Positions 39,344 through 49,093 of a stretch of 61,833 nt of DNA are shown piece after piece (position 1 is the stretch's first letter; every line of letters starts with the position of its first letter). This DNA is from a virus (lineage: Duplodnaviria; Caudoviricetes), in the IMG/VR virus record IMGVR_UViG_3300044616_001723, positions 1-61,833 of that record; one strand, written 5' to 3'. Below the pieces are notes generated by a model, which saw nothing but the letters and a program-made list of their open reading frames with translations, made no database searches and was not told the DNA's origin. The position numbers and the translations under genes are program-made.

Positions 39344-40147
39344 TCACCCACCACTTGGCATGACAACAAGTGGTGGGTAGCCGAAATGCGCCGCGATCCG
39401 CTCTGATTCTTCCCTGCACGCCCGCTGTCCTCGCGCGTAGGCTTCCGAGTAGATTGCTCCGGTGCGGGGATGATCAAACCAGTTCGGACGCATCGCCATA
39501 CCCCCTGCACCATCCCTCCAACCCTGGACGGCAGCGTAATACCGGCGGACTGGAGGCGTCTCCGCTTCGGCTTCCGTGGCGCCTTCCTTGGCCGGCACGA
39601 GGTCTTCCTCGGCGAAGTGCCGTGTGGCTCGTTTGCGCCCCTTTGCGGGTCGTTTGCAGCCCGCCGGGGAATCGAGGTACACGACCCAATCGTCGTTGGG
39701 CAGAGGCGACTTGTACCCGATGTCGCCCCGTCGCCCCTCGTAGTTTCCACCCACCACTTCCACCCGCATGCCTTCTTCGAAGTGGTGGCTGGTGGTGGAT
39801 ACCGTCTCTCCGAACATCGCGTGAAAGATGGCGACGAAGATCAATGATCTCGATGTCTCATCCAGTGGCACACATCCAATCTCGCGGCTCAGTCTACGAG
39901 CGTTCGGGACGTCAAGCCGCAGAACCATGCATGCAGCCTTGGGCCCGCGCATGAGAATCGCCTTGTCCTTCGCGCAACGGAGCTCGAGCAGCCCGTCTTG
40001 GAATGATGCCGCCGACGCCACCCCGCGATCCGCAAGCTGCTGCTGAATCATCGAAGCGATGTCGAACAGGCGCGCGTCAGGCTCTTGATTCGATGATGCC
40101 ACGGCGGTTTCCCTGTCCCCTTCGTTGTGTACTTTTGGGTAGCTCAT
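39344..40147 (-). CDS. KOW-motif protein
   Basis: FEEGMRVEVVGGNYEGRRGDI. Confidence 0.55.
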   Translation of the reverse strand: MSYPKVHNEGDRETAVASSNQEPDARLFDIASMIQQQLADRGVASAASFQDGLLELRCAKDKAILMRGPKAACMVLRLDVPNARRLSREIGCVPLDETSRSLIFVAIFHAMFGETVSTTSHHFEEGMRVEVVGGNYEGRRGDIGYKSPLPNDDWVVYLDSPAGCKRPAKGRKRATRHFAEEDLVPAKEGATEAEAETPPVRRYYAAVQGWRDGAGGMAMRPNWFDHPRTGAIYSEAYARGQRACREESERIAAHFGYPPLVVMPSGG

Positions 40148-40649
40148 AGTTTTCGACTCCCATCCTCCGCAAAATTCTCTCGATTGCTTTGAGGTGATTC
40201 CCTGGCCAGCAACCGTGTGGATGCCAGTTTTTCGGTAGGCGAACCATGCTCTGCAATTCGAGCGTTAGTTCGTGTTTCGTTGGTTTCCGCCGATCGACTC
40301 GCGGGCCCGATTCGTGGTCGAATTGGCTCCACGTTGGGTCAACCCTCGTTCCGCATGCTGTTCGCGCAAAATAATGTCCCGGCACATACCGAATCGTCGC
40401 GTCATAACCACGTTCGTTCAGCACACGAACGACGATATACGCCGCGATGCAGCATGCACCACGAAGAAACCGGCCAACGTACCATGTCCGCGTCCACGTC
40501 TGAATCCACGCCAAACCAGTTTCTAGACGGACCACGTGCTGAAACGAGCCTTGCCCTCGCTCGTACTCGATCCAGCACGCGACCTCGTGCGCAATCCGCA
40601 CGGCATCCGCACGATCCAGCTTCCTGATACTCGTGCTGCCGATGCTCAT
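40077..40649 (-). CDS. Putative papain/transglutaminase-fold protein
   Basis: GACC...GHYF...VDPTWSQF, a Cys-His-Asp order. Confidence 0.5.
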   Translation of the reverse strand: MSIGSTSIRKLDRADAVRIAHEVACWIEYERGQGSFQHVVRLETGLAWIQTWTRTWYVGRFLRGACCIAAYIVVRVLNERGYDATIRYVPGHYFARTACGTRVDPTWSQFDHESGPRVDRRKPTKHELTLELQSMVRLPKNWHPHGCWPGNHLKAIERILRRMGVENYELPKSTQRRGQGNRRGIIESRA

Positions 40650-41125
40650 TTCTTCGACTCCGCGCGTGCCACGAACTCGGACACCCTGATACCAAGGCCC
40701 TTACAAATCGCCTCGAGCGTATCGAGCGTCGGTCTTTTGCGCTCCGCTTCGATGTGCGAAATGTAGCTCTTGGACAAACCGCACGTGACCGCGAGCTTTT
40801 CCTGAGTCAACCTTTTTTCTCGACGAATCGACCGCAGTGCCTTGCCGTACTTCGTAATCGTCACGAAGCCGTTCGGAATGGTTCGCATGTCATAGTTCCA
40901 TTGATTGTATCCACCGGGACCGACTTCGACCTCGTGCCATGTCTTCACGTGGCCAGGTACGCAATGACAAACGTCACCGTCTCGGCTTATCGCTCCGCAC
41001 TTCCCGCGCTTCTTGGCTTCTCTTTTTGCGGCGCGGGCCCACCTGTCGTTCGTGCAGTTGCCTCGACGATAGTTGTCCAGTTCGTCCGGGGACAAGCCCG
41101 TCGCCCATGCCCGGAGCTTGTTCAT
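40646..41125 (-). CDS. XRE/Cro-C1 HTH regulator with N-terminal extension
   Basis: LRSIRREKRLTQEKLA...YISHIEAERKRPTL. Confidence 0.85.
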   Translation of the reverse strand: MNKLRAWATGLSPDELDNYRRGNCTNDRWARAAKREAKKRGKCGAISRDGDVCHCVPGHVKTWHEVEVGPGGYNQWNYDMRTIPNGFVTITKYGKALRSIRREKRLTQEKLAVTCGLSKSYISHIEAERKRPTLDTLEAICKGLGIRVSEFVARAESKK

Positions 41126-41658
41126 GTATCCCTCGAAAACTCGCCCATAATCGCGATCGCCATTTCGCGCGGCGACGGAGCCCCGAGCGTCTCCAAGAGA
41201 CGCAACAGAAGCGCCGGGTAGTGCCGGCAAATCGCGTGATAGTCTGCGTCGACGTTCTCCCACCTGTCGCCATGTTCGGCGCTGCTATGCGGCAGCACGT
41301 GCCCCTTGGCCCGATCGCACGTCTCTTTTTTCTTCGCTTGCTCTCCGCATCGCTCGATGCCGCGAGACTTGAGAATCGTCTTCAGCAATTGAGCCCTGCC
41401 CTTTCGCGTAGAAACGACGAGCAGCATTTGCGTCTGCGCAACCACGATCGGAATGGGGGAGAGCGGGTTCGGCGTGGGCTCGAGGTTCCTCTCGTCAGGC
41501 TGAAGCAACTTCGAGCGACGGGACCGAAATTCAGACCACCACCGGATTGCCTCCAGATGCCGCGGATTGTCGAGATCCATCTGACGAAGATCTTCTACCG
41601 ACGTGCGTGTCTGCTTTCGTTTCGGTTTTTCTTGGCTACGCTCGTGAGTTTTTTGCAT
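41122..41658 (-). CDS. Hypothetical protein
   Basis: Fills operon; start uncertain. Confidence 0.4.
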   Translation of the reverse strand: MQKTHERSQEKPKRKQTRTSVEDLRQMDLDNPRHLEAIRWWSEFRSRRSKLLQPDERNLEPTPNPLSPIPIVVAQTQMLLVVSTRKGRAQLLKTILKSRGIERCGEQAKKKETCDRAKGHVLPHSSAEHGDRWENVDADYHAICRHYPALLLRLLETLGAPSPREMAIAIMGEFSRDT

Positions 41659-43102
41659 ATCGACGTCCTTCCTCAATAAGCTTTTCCGCAAGTCCCAACG
41701 CGTCCACGCGAAGCGCCTCGATCGTGAGATCCGGCAGGCACTCGTCGCGCAGACGAACCAATTCCCGACAAACCCGGATGCGTTCCGTGTTTGCCTGGAA
41801 AACCTTTCGGTACTTCGCAGGCACCCAATAATAATTTGCGCCGCGAAGTAGCTCGGCGAGCGTCTTGCCATCCGAGCCGTTCAGCAGTTCAGCAGCCTTC
41901 GCCGGTCCCCAACCCGGCACGCCGCTGATCCCGTCGCCTTCATCCCCCGCAAGCGCGAGCAAGTCACCGAGGCGCCACGGCGGAACCTTCCACCGTTTGA
42001 GGATCTGCGCGGCCCCAATCGCCGCCGAGACGTTCCCGCCCTTCGCGCCGTCCCAAAGCATTACTTCTTCGGCATCGTCGACGATCTGCCCCATGTCCTT
42101 GTCCGGCGTCATGACGACAACCGGCAACTTTTCTTCTTCCGAAAGCCCACGACAGAGCCTTGCGGCGGCTGCCAGCACATCGTCAGCCTCGAAGCCGAGC
42201 GGTGCGTATACAGGCGCCAAGAGCGCGATCAAGATGTTCTTCACGGCCTGTTCGTCGCGAACGAGTTCCGCGGGCGAAGGCTTGCGCGACGCCTTGTATT
42301 CTTTGCTTTCTTCCTCGCGTATCGAGCCATCGCCCTCGAAGGCGAAGATCGCATGGGTCGGCTGCCGCGCCCGGAGCATCCGCGCGAGTTCCTTGCACAC
42401 GGCTTCCACCACCGCCCCCGGCTTCGGGCCTTCCCCCTTTTGCATCCCGTAGAAGATGCGCCGAAGACTCGGAACGTCGAACGCCACCAGATGTCGCGAG
42501 CCTTGCGCCGGCAGTTCGACGGCCGCGTATATTTCAGGCTCGCGCTTTGGCAGAACAGGTTCCGGCTGTTTCACCGCGACAAGACGAAAGCCTTTCGCAC
42601 CAGCGTCCTCCATGAGCCCCTTGATCACTTCGAGCGGATCGCGCCCATTCAGCTCGATCGTTGCTGGATTTCCTGAATCGGTTATCTGCCTAAGAATCGA
42701 ACCTTCCGCCGGGACGAACGCATGCCCGTCAAAAAATACCTGTTCGACGCGACGACGCACTTCCGGATCCATGTGCGGAAGCATGCGGTACAGTTCGCCA
42801 CGACGAAGCAGGTATCGTGCACGCATCACGCGTACTTCTCGCGGCTTCAATTCCAGCGTTACATTATCGTAATAGACTCGATAGTCGCCGTTTTCGAGCA
42901 GCACACACTCGCACGGCCATTCGTTCGGCCCTCTCGTCACAATCACAGGCGAATACGCGACGTCGAGCATCACGCTTTCGGCCGCCTCTTCGACGTTGCA
43001 ACCATTGACGATTTCAGGCGCAAACGCTTCTGGAAATGAGTTTTTTAGGGCATTCTCAAACCCCGTCACCAACTGCTCTGAATCCGATCCCGTTTCGTTC
43101 AT
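41636..43102 (-). CDS. 5'-3' exonuclease (Pol I N-terminal/FEN-like) with N-terminal extension
   Basis: EYKASR, FEADDVLA, PDKDMGQ, LAGDEGDGISGVPGWGPAKA. Confidence 0.9.
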   Translation of the reverse strand: MNETGSDSEQLVTGFENALKNSFPEAFAPEIVNGCNVEEAAESVMLDVAYSPVIVTRGPNEWPCECVLLENGDYRVYYDNVTLELKPREVRVMRARYLLRRGELYRMLPHMDPEVRRRVEQVFFDGHAFVPAEGSILRQITDSGNPATIELNGRDPLEVIKGLMEDAGAKGFRLVAVKQPEPVLPKREPEIYAAVELPAQGSRHLVAFDVPSLRRIFYGMQKGEGPKPGAVVEAVCKELARMLRARQPTHAIFAFEGDGSIREEESKEYKASRKPSPAELVRDEQAVKNILIALLAPVYAPLGFEADDVLAAAARLCRGLSEEEKLPVVVMTPDKDMGQIVDDAEEVMLWDGAKGGNVSAAIGAAQILKRWKVPPWRLGDLLALAGDEGDGISGVPGWGPAKAAELLNGSDGKTLAELLRGANYYWVPAKYRKVFQANTERIRVCRELVRLRDECLPDLTIEALRVDALGLAEKLIEEGRRYAKNSRA

Positions 43103-43115
43103 GTTGCCTCTCCAT

Positions 43116-44780
43116 TCATGCCGATTGGAACATTTGCGCAAACACGACGCGCTCTGCTATCGGCGGACAAACCGAGTTTCCAGCAAGTGCCGTTTGCGCC
43201 GTTTTCGTAAGCGGCTTCCCGTTGTATATTGGCGAAATGTTGTAATCGCTAGGAAAGCCCTGCGCGGCGAACAATTCGCTCGGATCCAACATCCTCATGC
43301 CAATGTCCACGATGTCGTACAACTGCCCTTTGATGCTGATTCGCCCCATGTCTCTCGACTTGTCGCCAGAGGCATCCGATCCGAACGTCAATTGGACATT
43401 CGCCTGCCTTCGGTTCTCTGCATGCTTTTTAAGAAAAGCACGCACCTCGGCGATATGACCGCACCCGACGATTGTCGGCAGCGGGTGGTCAACCGTCGCG
43501 CCGGTGCCTTGCCCGTAAAACTTCGTCAAGAATGCAGCGGCTAGACCGTGGTGGTCGGTTTCTGTAACTGCACCAAGCGGCTCATTGATATCTAATCCAG
43601 GCGGTGGTTTGCCATTGTCCCCACCTCCGAAGTGCTTCATGACGAACGGCATAACGATATGCTTGTCATTCGTCGCGCATACCGTAGCCAACGGGCTTTC
43701 GAGCGGCTGTCCTCGAAATGTCCCTGCCCCGCATCCTTCATCGATGCCTGCACCTGTGATCGTCGAGTAGTGCCCGTGTCGCACGATGAACGGAGCCACG
43801 ATCGCGTGATGGTCTACAGTCGTTATCGTACCGATCGGCGTTCGTGCATCGGCACCAGACGTGCCCCTTGGGCCGCCAAAATGCTTCGCGATGAACGGCG
43901 CAACGAATGCCAGTTCGCCTCGATTCGCCGCCGTCACGGTGCGCATCGGGTCATCGATGCCGTACGCCCTCGGCTCCCCTTGGTGGGTCAATGGGATGAT
44001 AAACGGCTGCTTCGCCCCAAAGACATAACGATCAAGTCCTTTCGCGATGCGCTTCAGCGTCGCATCCGCGAGCGGACGAGAGCGTTCGAATATGCTCGTG
44101 CATGGGATGTTCCAGTTGATCACTTCCGACGCCGGCCGCCACGCCTTGCTTCGACCTTTGCCATGCGTTGGTTCTGGCCAAACGATCGGCTGTCCGTCGC
44201 ATCGCGCCACAATGAAAAGACGGTTGCGCGTTGTAGGTGCGCCATAATCAGCAGCTACCATCGAACGGTATTCGACCTTGTATCCAAGATCCGACATTCG
44301 CCCGATCCATGCCCTGAAATCGCTCCCGATCTGTTCCTTTATCGGACGCCCTTCGTCATCGAGCGGGCCCCATGTTTCGAACTCGGTTACGTTCTCGATG
44401 CAAATCACCCTCGGACGAACCGCCTCGATCCACCGAATTACCACCCACGCCAAACTGCGGATCTCTTTCTTCCTCGGTTGTCCGCCCTTCGCTCGACTAA
44501 AATGCGTGCAGTCCGGGCTTGCCCAAAGCAATGCCACGCTTTTGGACCCGCACGCCTCACGTGGATCCACGCTCCAAATATCCTCTTGATAGTGTCGCGT
44601 TTCCGGATGATTCGCGGCGTGCATGGCAATCGCGCGAGGGTCATGGTTGATGGCGATATCCACCGAACGATTGATGGCCTTTTCGATGCCCGTCGACGCA
44701 CCGCCACCGCCGGCGAACAGGTCAACCACCATTTCGTCAGAACCGACTCCATAAACGCGCAACGCAGGGGGACGTGCCAT
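43116..44780 (-). CDS. C5-cytosine DNA methyltransferase
   Basis: DLFAGGGG, SPDC, ENV, RNRLF, AQGFP, GNSV. Confidence 0.95.
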   Translation of the reverse strand: MARPPALRVYGVGSDEMVVDLFAGGGGASTGIEKAINRSVDIAINHDPRAIAMHAANHPETRHYQEDIWSVDPREACGSKSVALLWASPDCTHFSRAKGGQPRKKEIRSLAWVVIRWIEAVRPRVICIENVTEFETWGPLDDEGRPIKEQIGSDFRAWIGRMSDLGYKVEYRSMVAADYGAPTTRNRLFIVARCDGQPIVWPEPTHGKGRSKAWRPASEVINWNIPCTSIFERSRPLADATLKRIAKGLDRYVFGAKQPFIIPLTHQGEPRAYGIDDPMRTVTAANRGELAFVAPFIAKHFGGPRGTSGADARTPIGTITTVDHHAIVAPFIVRHGHYSTITGAGIDEGCGAGTFRGQPLESPLATVCATNDKHIVMPFVMKHFGGGDNGKPPPGLDINEPLGAVTETDHHGLAAAFLTKFYGQGTGATVDHPLPTIVGCGHIAEVRAFLKKHAENRRQANVQLTFGSDASGDKSRDMGRISIKGQLYDIVDIGMRMLDPSELFAAQGFPSDYNISPIYNGKPLTKTAQTALAGNSVCPPIAERVVFAQMFQSA

Positions 44781-44791
44781 TTGATCACCAA

Positions 44792-45292
44792 TCAAGCTGC
44801 AATACCAAGCGAACGAAGCACCACGCTTCGATCGACGCTGGAAAACTTTTGCGGGCCTCGGAATGGCTCGTGATGCACGAACCTTCGCGCGTGCTTCAAT
44901 GGCCACGCGTATCGATCCGCCGCATAAAAACACGCCGCCGCTTCGTCTTCCGGCAGCAGCAGCCGAGACGGCGCCTCGACCCAAACCAGCCCCGCCAATT
45001 GGCCAGACAAGTACCCGAAGAACGGCAACCCGAGCCGATTGCATACCGACTTGTCGAGATGTTTGGCCGCTTGAATCACGAGCCAACTCGACTCGTATGG
45101 CCACGGCCACGTGCGCGTCTCAATGGTTTTCTTGCCGTCCACGACCAAACTCGCGTACGGCTCCCATAACGAAATCACTCGCACCATGTCCGGCAGTGGA
45201 AAGGGCAAGATCCCGCATTGACCATTTGCCGCTTTTGGCAATGAGTCATCGAATAGAAAAAGACTCGCCGTCTTTGCGCGAGCGATTGGCAT
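44792..45292 (-). CDS. ASCH domain protein
   Basis: ISLWEPYASLVVDGKKTIETRTW. Confidence 0.85.
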   Translation of the reverse strand: MPIARAKTASLFLFDDSLPKAANGQCGILPFPLPDMVRVISLWEPYASLVVDGKKTIETRTWPWPYESSWLVIQAAKHLDKSVCNRLGLPFFGYLSGQLAGLVWVEAPSRLLLPEDEAAACFYAADRYAWPLKHARRFVHHEPFRGPQKFSSVDRSVVLRSLGIAA

Positions 45293-45369
45293 ACGCTTCC
45301 CTTGCGCCCGTTCACTTGGGTGATGACGCGTGGTCAACTGTTACACGCGTTCGGAACGGTGTGCAAGCG

Positions 45370-45394
45370 AAAAGTTACAACGCGTTGAACTTTT
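45370..45394 (-). promoter_or_regulatory. 25-bp palindromic site 8
   Basis: AAAAGTTACAACGCGTTGAACTTTT; 3 nt upstream of TTGCAC. Confidence 0.8.
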
Positions 45395-45408
45395 CTCTGA
45401 CGCCTTTT

Positions 45409-45945
45409 CTACTCGTCGCTTTCGATGTGTATTTCATCGAAGATTCCAGGCCTGTCAGTCGACTCGATCGGGCCCGTGGCGAGCAGCTCTTTCAAGGTTG
45501 GATGCTTCCGCATCTTTTCAAGCAAGGTCAATTCGATCTGTCTTACCCGCTCGCGTGTCATATTGAGCAGCGTGCCAAGTCCCTCGAGCGTGACTGCGTC
45601 ACGTTCCGCGACATCCAAGGCGCACGTGTCGCTCATGAGTTCAAGTATCGGCGTGTCATCATCGCCGAGAAGATCCGGGAAATTGAACTTGATGCTGCCC
45701 CTTTTGGCATCGACGTCGAGAAACAGGTGGTATTTGCAAGAAATGAAAGGGCACGGGCGTTCGGCCTCGGAACACTCCGATCGAGTCATCGGAAGCCGTC
45801 TTCGGCCATCGTCCGGTTCTTCTTCACGCCACCGTGCGATTGTTTTTTTTGTTAGCTTTCCGACAGCAAGCGTCGTCGCACGAACGACACGCTTGCGTGT
45901 GTTGCGCGTGTCGTGGCGTTTTCCCGACGCAGCATCCGTGGACAT
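45409..45945 (-). CDS. Sigma-70 region 4-like HTH protein with Cys cluster
   Basis: EC...RPCPFISCKYHL...TCALD...TLEGLGTLLNMTRERVRQIE. Confidence 0.8.
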   Translation of the reverse strand: MSTDAASGKRHDTRNTRKRVVRATTLAVGKLTKKTIARWREEEPDDGRRRLPMTRSECSEAERPCPFISCKYHLFLDVDAKRGSIKFNFPDLLGDDDTPILELMSDTCALDVAERDAVTLEGLGTLLNMTRERVRQIELTLLEKMRKHPTLKELLATGPIESTDRPGIFDEIHIESDE

Positions 45946-47033
45946 CAGATCGCCGTTCCGTTGGAAATGGTGGCTGAAGTGGTGGGTGGTGGAATCGAAA
46001 TCGTTGTGGTGGCTGCCGCAAAAAGGCCGAGCTGTCCGGTGCGTTTTGCCTGCACCGACAACCCCATGGCTTCGGCTTCGAGCCGCTCCGCGCCTTTTGC
46101 CGCTTGCTCTGGGCGCATCTCGAACATGTCGCACCGGCGCTCGAGCCGCATCGCCGCAACGCCAGTGGTGCAGCCGCCGGCGCAAAAGTCGTAAATGAGA
46201 TCGCCCTTGTCGGTAAAGTCAGTGATCAGTTCGAGCATCAAAGCTTCCGGCTTTTGGGTCTCATTGATTCTGACCTCGCCCCCGAATCGTTCCACCACCA
46301 CCGGATGGCTGTAGATTCCGCGCTTCCCGCCCCCATTCCATCGGCGTCGTTCGCGGCCTTTCCCGGAATATGGATGCGCGCAGATGATCGCGTCTGCGCC
46401 GAGCGGCTCGTCGCATTCTGGGCAGATATCGTGTCGGCTTCGGAGATCGGACAGAACCATCCGCGCAAGCTTTTCGATGTCTTTCTTTCTTGCCCCGCCT
46501 TTTTCGACCATCCGCGCAAGCAACGCCATCTCTCGCATGTCAAATCCGGCCATCGGTGCGCCGCTGCTGGCGTGCGCGGCCACTATGCTTTCGCATGCGA
46601 CGGCAGGCTGATCGCCCGTGAACTGCGGCGTGCATGCCTGTTTTTCCCAAATGCACGTGCGCCTAAAATCGAGCCCCGCCGCCATTAGAGCGAACTTCCA
46701 AAGCCATCCCGACTCCATGTCGCAAAACGTGAGCGTCCATCGCTTGGACAAACGCGCGGCTTCTTTCGCGAGAAAGCGGCGAAGCTTTGGATCCAAGTGG
46801 GCAAACCCGAAGTCCACGGCCCGCGAAATTGCAGCCTTGCCGATCTTCCCATTGCCCGATGCAAGCGGCTCCGTTCGAGCTCCTGCACGCGATTTCGAGT
46901 GAACATGCCGCGAGTACGGAGGATCCATTATCACCGAACCTTGCTCGGTGAAGAGCTTGGTCAGATCTTCGGCACGGCCGCAGAACAGTCGCACGCCACG
47001 GCCTTCCCATAACGGCTTCGGCAAGCTTTTCAT
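45945..47033 (-). CDS. N6-adenine/N4-cytosine DNA methyltransferase (beta class)
   Basis: DPPY, TQKPEALM, DFCAGGCTTG. Confidence 0.9.
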   Translation of the reverse strand: MKSLPKPLWEGRGVRLFCGRAEDLTKLFTEQGSVIMDPPYSRHVHSKSRAGARTEPLASGNGKIGKAAISRAVDFGFAHLDPKLRRFLAKEAARLSKRWTLTFCDMESGWLWKFALMAAGLDFRRTCIWEKQACTPQFTGDQPAVACESIVAAHASSGAPMAGFDMREMALLARMVEKGGARKKDIEKLARMVLSDLRSRHDICPECDEPLGADAIICAHPYSGKGRERRRWNGGGKRGIYSHPVVVERFGGEVRINETQKPEALMLELITDFTDKGDLIYDFCAGGCTTGVAAMRLERRCDMFEMRPEQAAKGAERLEAEAMGLSVQAKRTGQLGLFAAATTTISIPPPTTSATISNGTAI

Positions 47034-47977
47034 TGTGCACCATCTTCCGGCCACATACCCAAATCGATCACGTTTGCGTTCTCGAACAATCGCCCAGCTA
47101 CCCCGTCGCCATAAAGCGCCGCTATGGTTTCGCGTGGAAAACCAGTTGTCGTCAGCATGCGTTTGTCTCTGTTCGACCTTCGTTCAACGACGGCCTTCGA
47201 GAGCGCAATCCGCGACGTGATCCATCCGGACCCAAGCGGCGCAGAATCAAGTTCAGCCCCGAAGTCGTCAAAGACAAGAAACGGCGCTGCTATGGCTTCC
47301 TCGCGCAGCGCGATCGTCGTCGGCGTCTGTTCTTTGAGCAATGCCACTGGTAGGAACCTCGCGCCTCTGGCCATAGTCACCTGCGGTGGCAATATCGCCG
47401 TCTTTCGCCATTCCAAGATCGTTTCTGCGCTGCATGACGTGAATTTTCCGCGCTTGATAATCCAGTGCATCGCCAGCATTGCAAGGCTTGTTTTTCCGCG
47501 TCTCGCCCCGCCGGTGATGATGATATTTTTGTTCGTTGCCAGCGCTTTTCTGAGCTGTTCTCGCGCAATGTCCCAACCTTGCACGGCTGTCTTGAAAAAC
47601 GCGCATTCGCTGCCTTCGCGAGTCCACTTGAAATGCTTCGGAACCGTCTCGTGTGCGGGTCTAAGTTCTTCAAGCCATTCGCGTCTTGTCGACTCGTCGC
47701 CACACCGCCGGCAAATTCCGGGGAACTCCAGCTTCGCATCGCACACCCACGGCTGGCCCGTTTTGACGTCCGTTTTGAGCCACAACACGCCCTTGCATTC
47801 GTGGTCCCCGCCCGCAAACTCCGGAACCTCTGCAAACGAAGGTATCGGCCGCGCAATCGGAATCGTCTGCCTTGGGACGATCTTGGCCACGAATGCTTCG
47901 ACTTTTTCATCGTGAAGCACTTCCGCACGCGTACGTTTGTCCGGCCCAAAGATCATTCTTTCAAGGTCGTTGTTCAT
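47030..47977 (-). CDS. DnaC/IstB-like helicase-loader ATPase
   Basis: Walker A GGARRGKT, Walker B LVFDDFG, YGDGVAGRL; downstream of initiator. Confidence 0.85.
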   Translation of the reverse strand: MNNDLERMIFGPDKRTRAEVLHDEKVEAFVAKIVPRQTIPIARPIPSFAEVPEFAGGDHECKGVLWLKTDVKTGQPWVCDAKLEFPGICRRCGDESTRREWLEELRPAHETVPKHFKWTREGSECAFFKTAVQGWDIAREQLRKALATNKNIIITGGARRGKTSLAMLAMHWIIKRGKFTSCSAETILEWRKTAILPPQVTMARGARFLPVALLKEQTPTTIALREEAIAAPFLVFDDFGAELDSAPLGSGWITSRIALSKAVVERRSNRDKRMLTTTGFPRETIAALYGDGVAGRLFENANVIDLGMWPEDGAQ

Positions 47978-49053
47978 AGGTCGATCACCTTTGCCTTCTC
48001 ACCTAAGTTTCTTCGATCTTCGTCGGTCATCGACAGCCCAGATTGCCAGCTCGTAGCCTGGTTTTTCCCGGCAGGCTGCACGCCTATCGGCTTTTGCACT
48101 GCTGCCTGATTCGACGTCGATCCATTTAGCCAATCATTAAATTTGTGATACGCGAACGGGACATTTCCAAAGCGCTTCCCGAATTCTTCGGCCTTGGATT
48201 CGATCCACGCGAGCAAGTCCGGCCCGCGCAGTTCGCTGCCGTCCGCGGTCGATTTTGCGTGTGTTTTGCAGCATCGGACCAACACATGGTCCGGGCCGCG
48301 AATACCTTCGAGCGAAACAACCTGGCCAACCCCACGCGAGAATCCCGTCTGAAATGCCGCGACGTACCCGCGGAACCGCTCGGCTTTGGACACCTCTTTG
48401 GGAGCTGCATCCGCTGCCTTCTTCTTTTCCTTCGTACGATGTCGTTTTTTCGGAGCTAGTGGTTCGAGCACGAACGTTCGCACTGTCGTGGGCACTCGAG
48501 CGGCGTCCGGAACAGCCCCCTCTTGATCCTCATGATCCTCAGAGAGATCCTCAATGGGGGGCACTGTGTCCGCTCTGAGGGGACCGCTTGTCCGCTCTCC
48601 GGGGGACACGGTGTCCGCCCTCGTCCGCTCTGAGAGAGGATCCAGTGTCCGCTCTGAGGGGACCGCTTGTCCGCTCTCCGGGGGACACGATGTCCGCTCT
48701 CGACGTCGCCGTGACGGCCGCTCTTGGTTCTCTGCCGCTTCCGTCGCCGCCTCCATCGCGCCAAGGTCGATGCGGTAGACGGCCGATGACCTTGGCGTCT
48801 CTGGCGTCACGCAAACGACCACGCCACGCGCAAGCAACCCCGGCATGACGCGACGGACGGAGCGCACGTCAAGGCTCGTTCCGTCGCTGATACCGCTATG
48901 CCCTGGGCTCGATTCGCCTGTCTCGTCCATGGACGCGACGATGCCATACAGGCACAACCGCTCGGCAGGGGTGAACACACCGACCGCGCGGCGAACAGCC
49001 CACAACGCGAGGAACGTTGGACCTGTTTTTTTGGCTTGCGCTTTTCTTGTCAT
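47974..49053 (-). CDS. Replication initiator (winged HTH, lambda O-like organisation)
   Basis: N-terminal wHTH, internal iterons, adjacent loader. Confidence 0.8.
   Translation of the reverse strand: MTRKAQAKKTGPTFLALWAVRRAVGVFTPAERLCLYGIVASMDETGESSPGHSGISDGTSLDVRSVRRVMPGLLARGVVVCVTPETPRSSAVYRIDLGAMEAATEAAENQERPSRRRRERTSCPPESGQAVPSERTLDPLSERTRADTVSPGERTSGPLRADTVPPIEDLSEDHEDQEGAVPDAARVPTTVRTFVLEPLAPKKRHRTKEKKKAADAAPKEVSKAERFRGYVAAFQTGFSRGVGQVVSLEGIRGPDHVLVRCCKTHAKSTADGSELRGPDLLAWIESKAEEFGKRFGNVPFAYHKFNDWLNGSTSNQAAVQKPIGVQPAGKNQATSWQSGLSMTDEDRRNLGEKAKVIDL
48566..48700. repeat. Putative replication origin iterons
   Basis: Seven TGTCCGCTCT-like units (48567, 48589, 48612, 48622, 48646, 48668, 48691); 45-bp direct repeat 48566-48610 and 48645-48689. 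Confidence 0.85.
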
Positions 49054-49093
49054 GTGGTATCCGCCGCGGTCCAAAAAGCAAGTTTTGCCAAAG

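Noticed and set aside
43480-43990. Repeated PLxTIT...HHALV units in the C5 methyltransferase
   Set aside because: Common in phage C5 methyltransferases of this type; not novel
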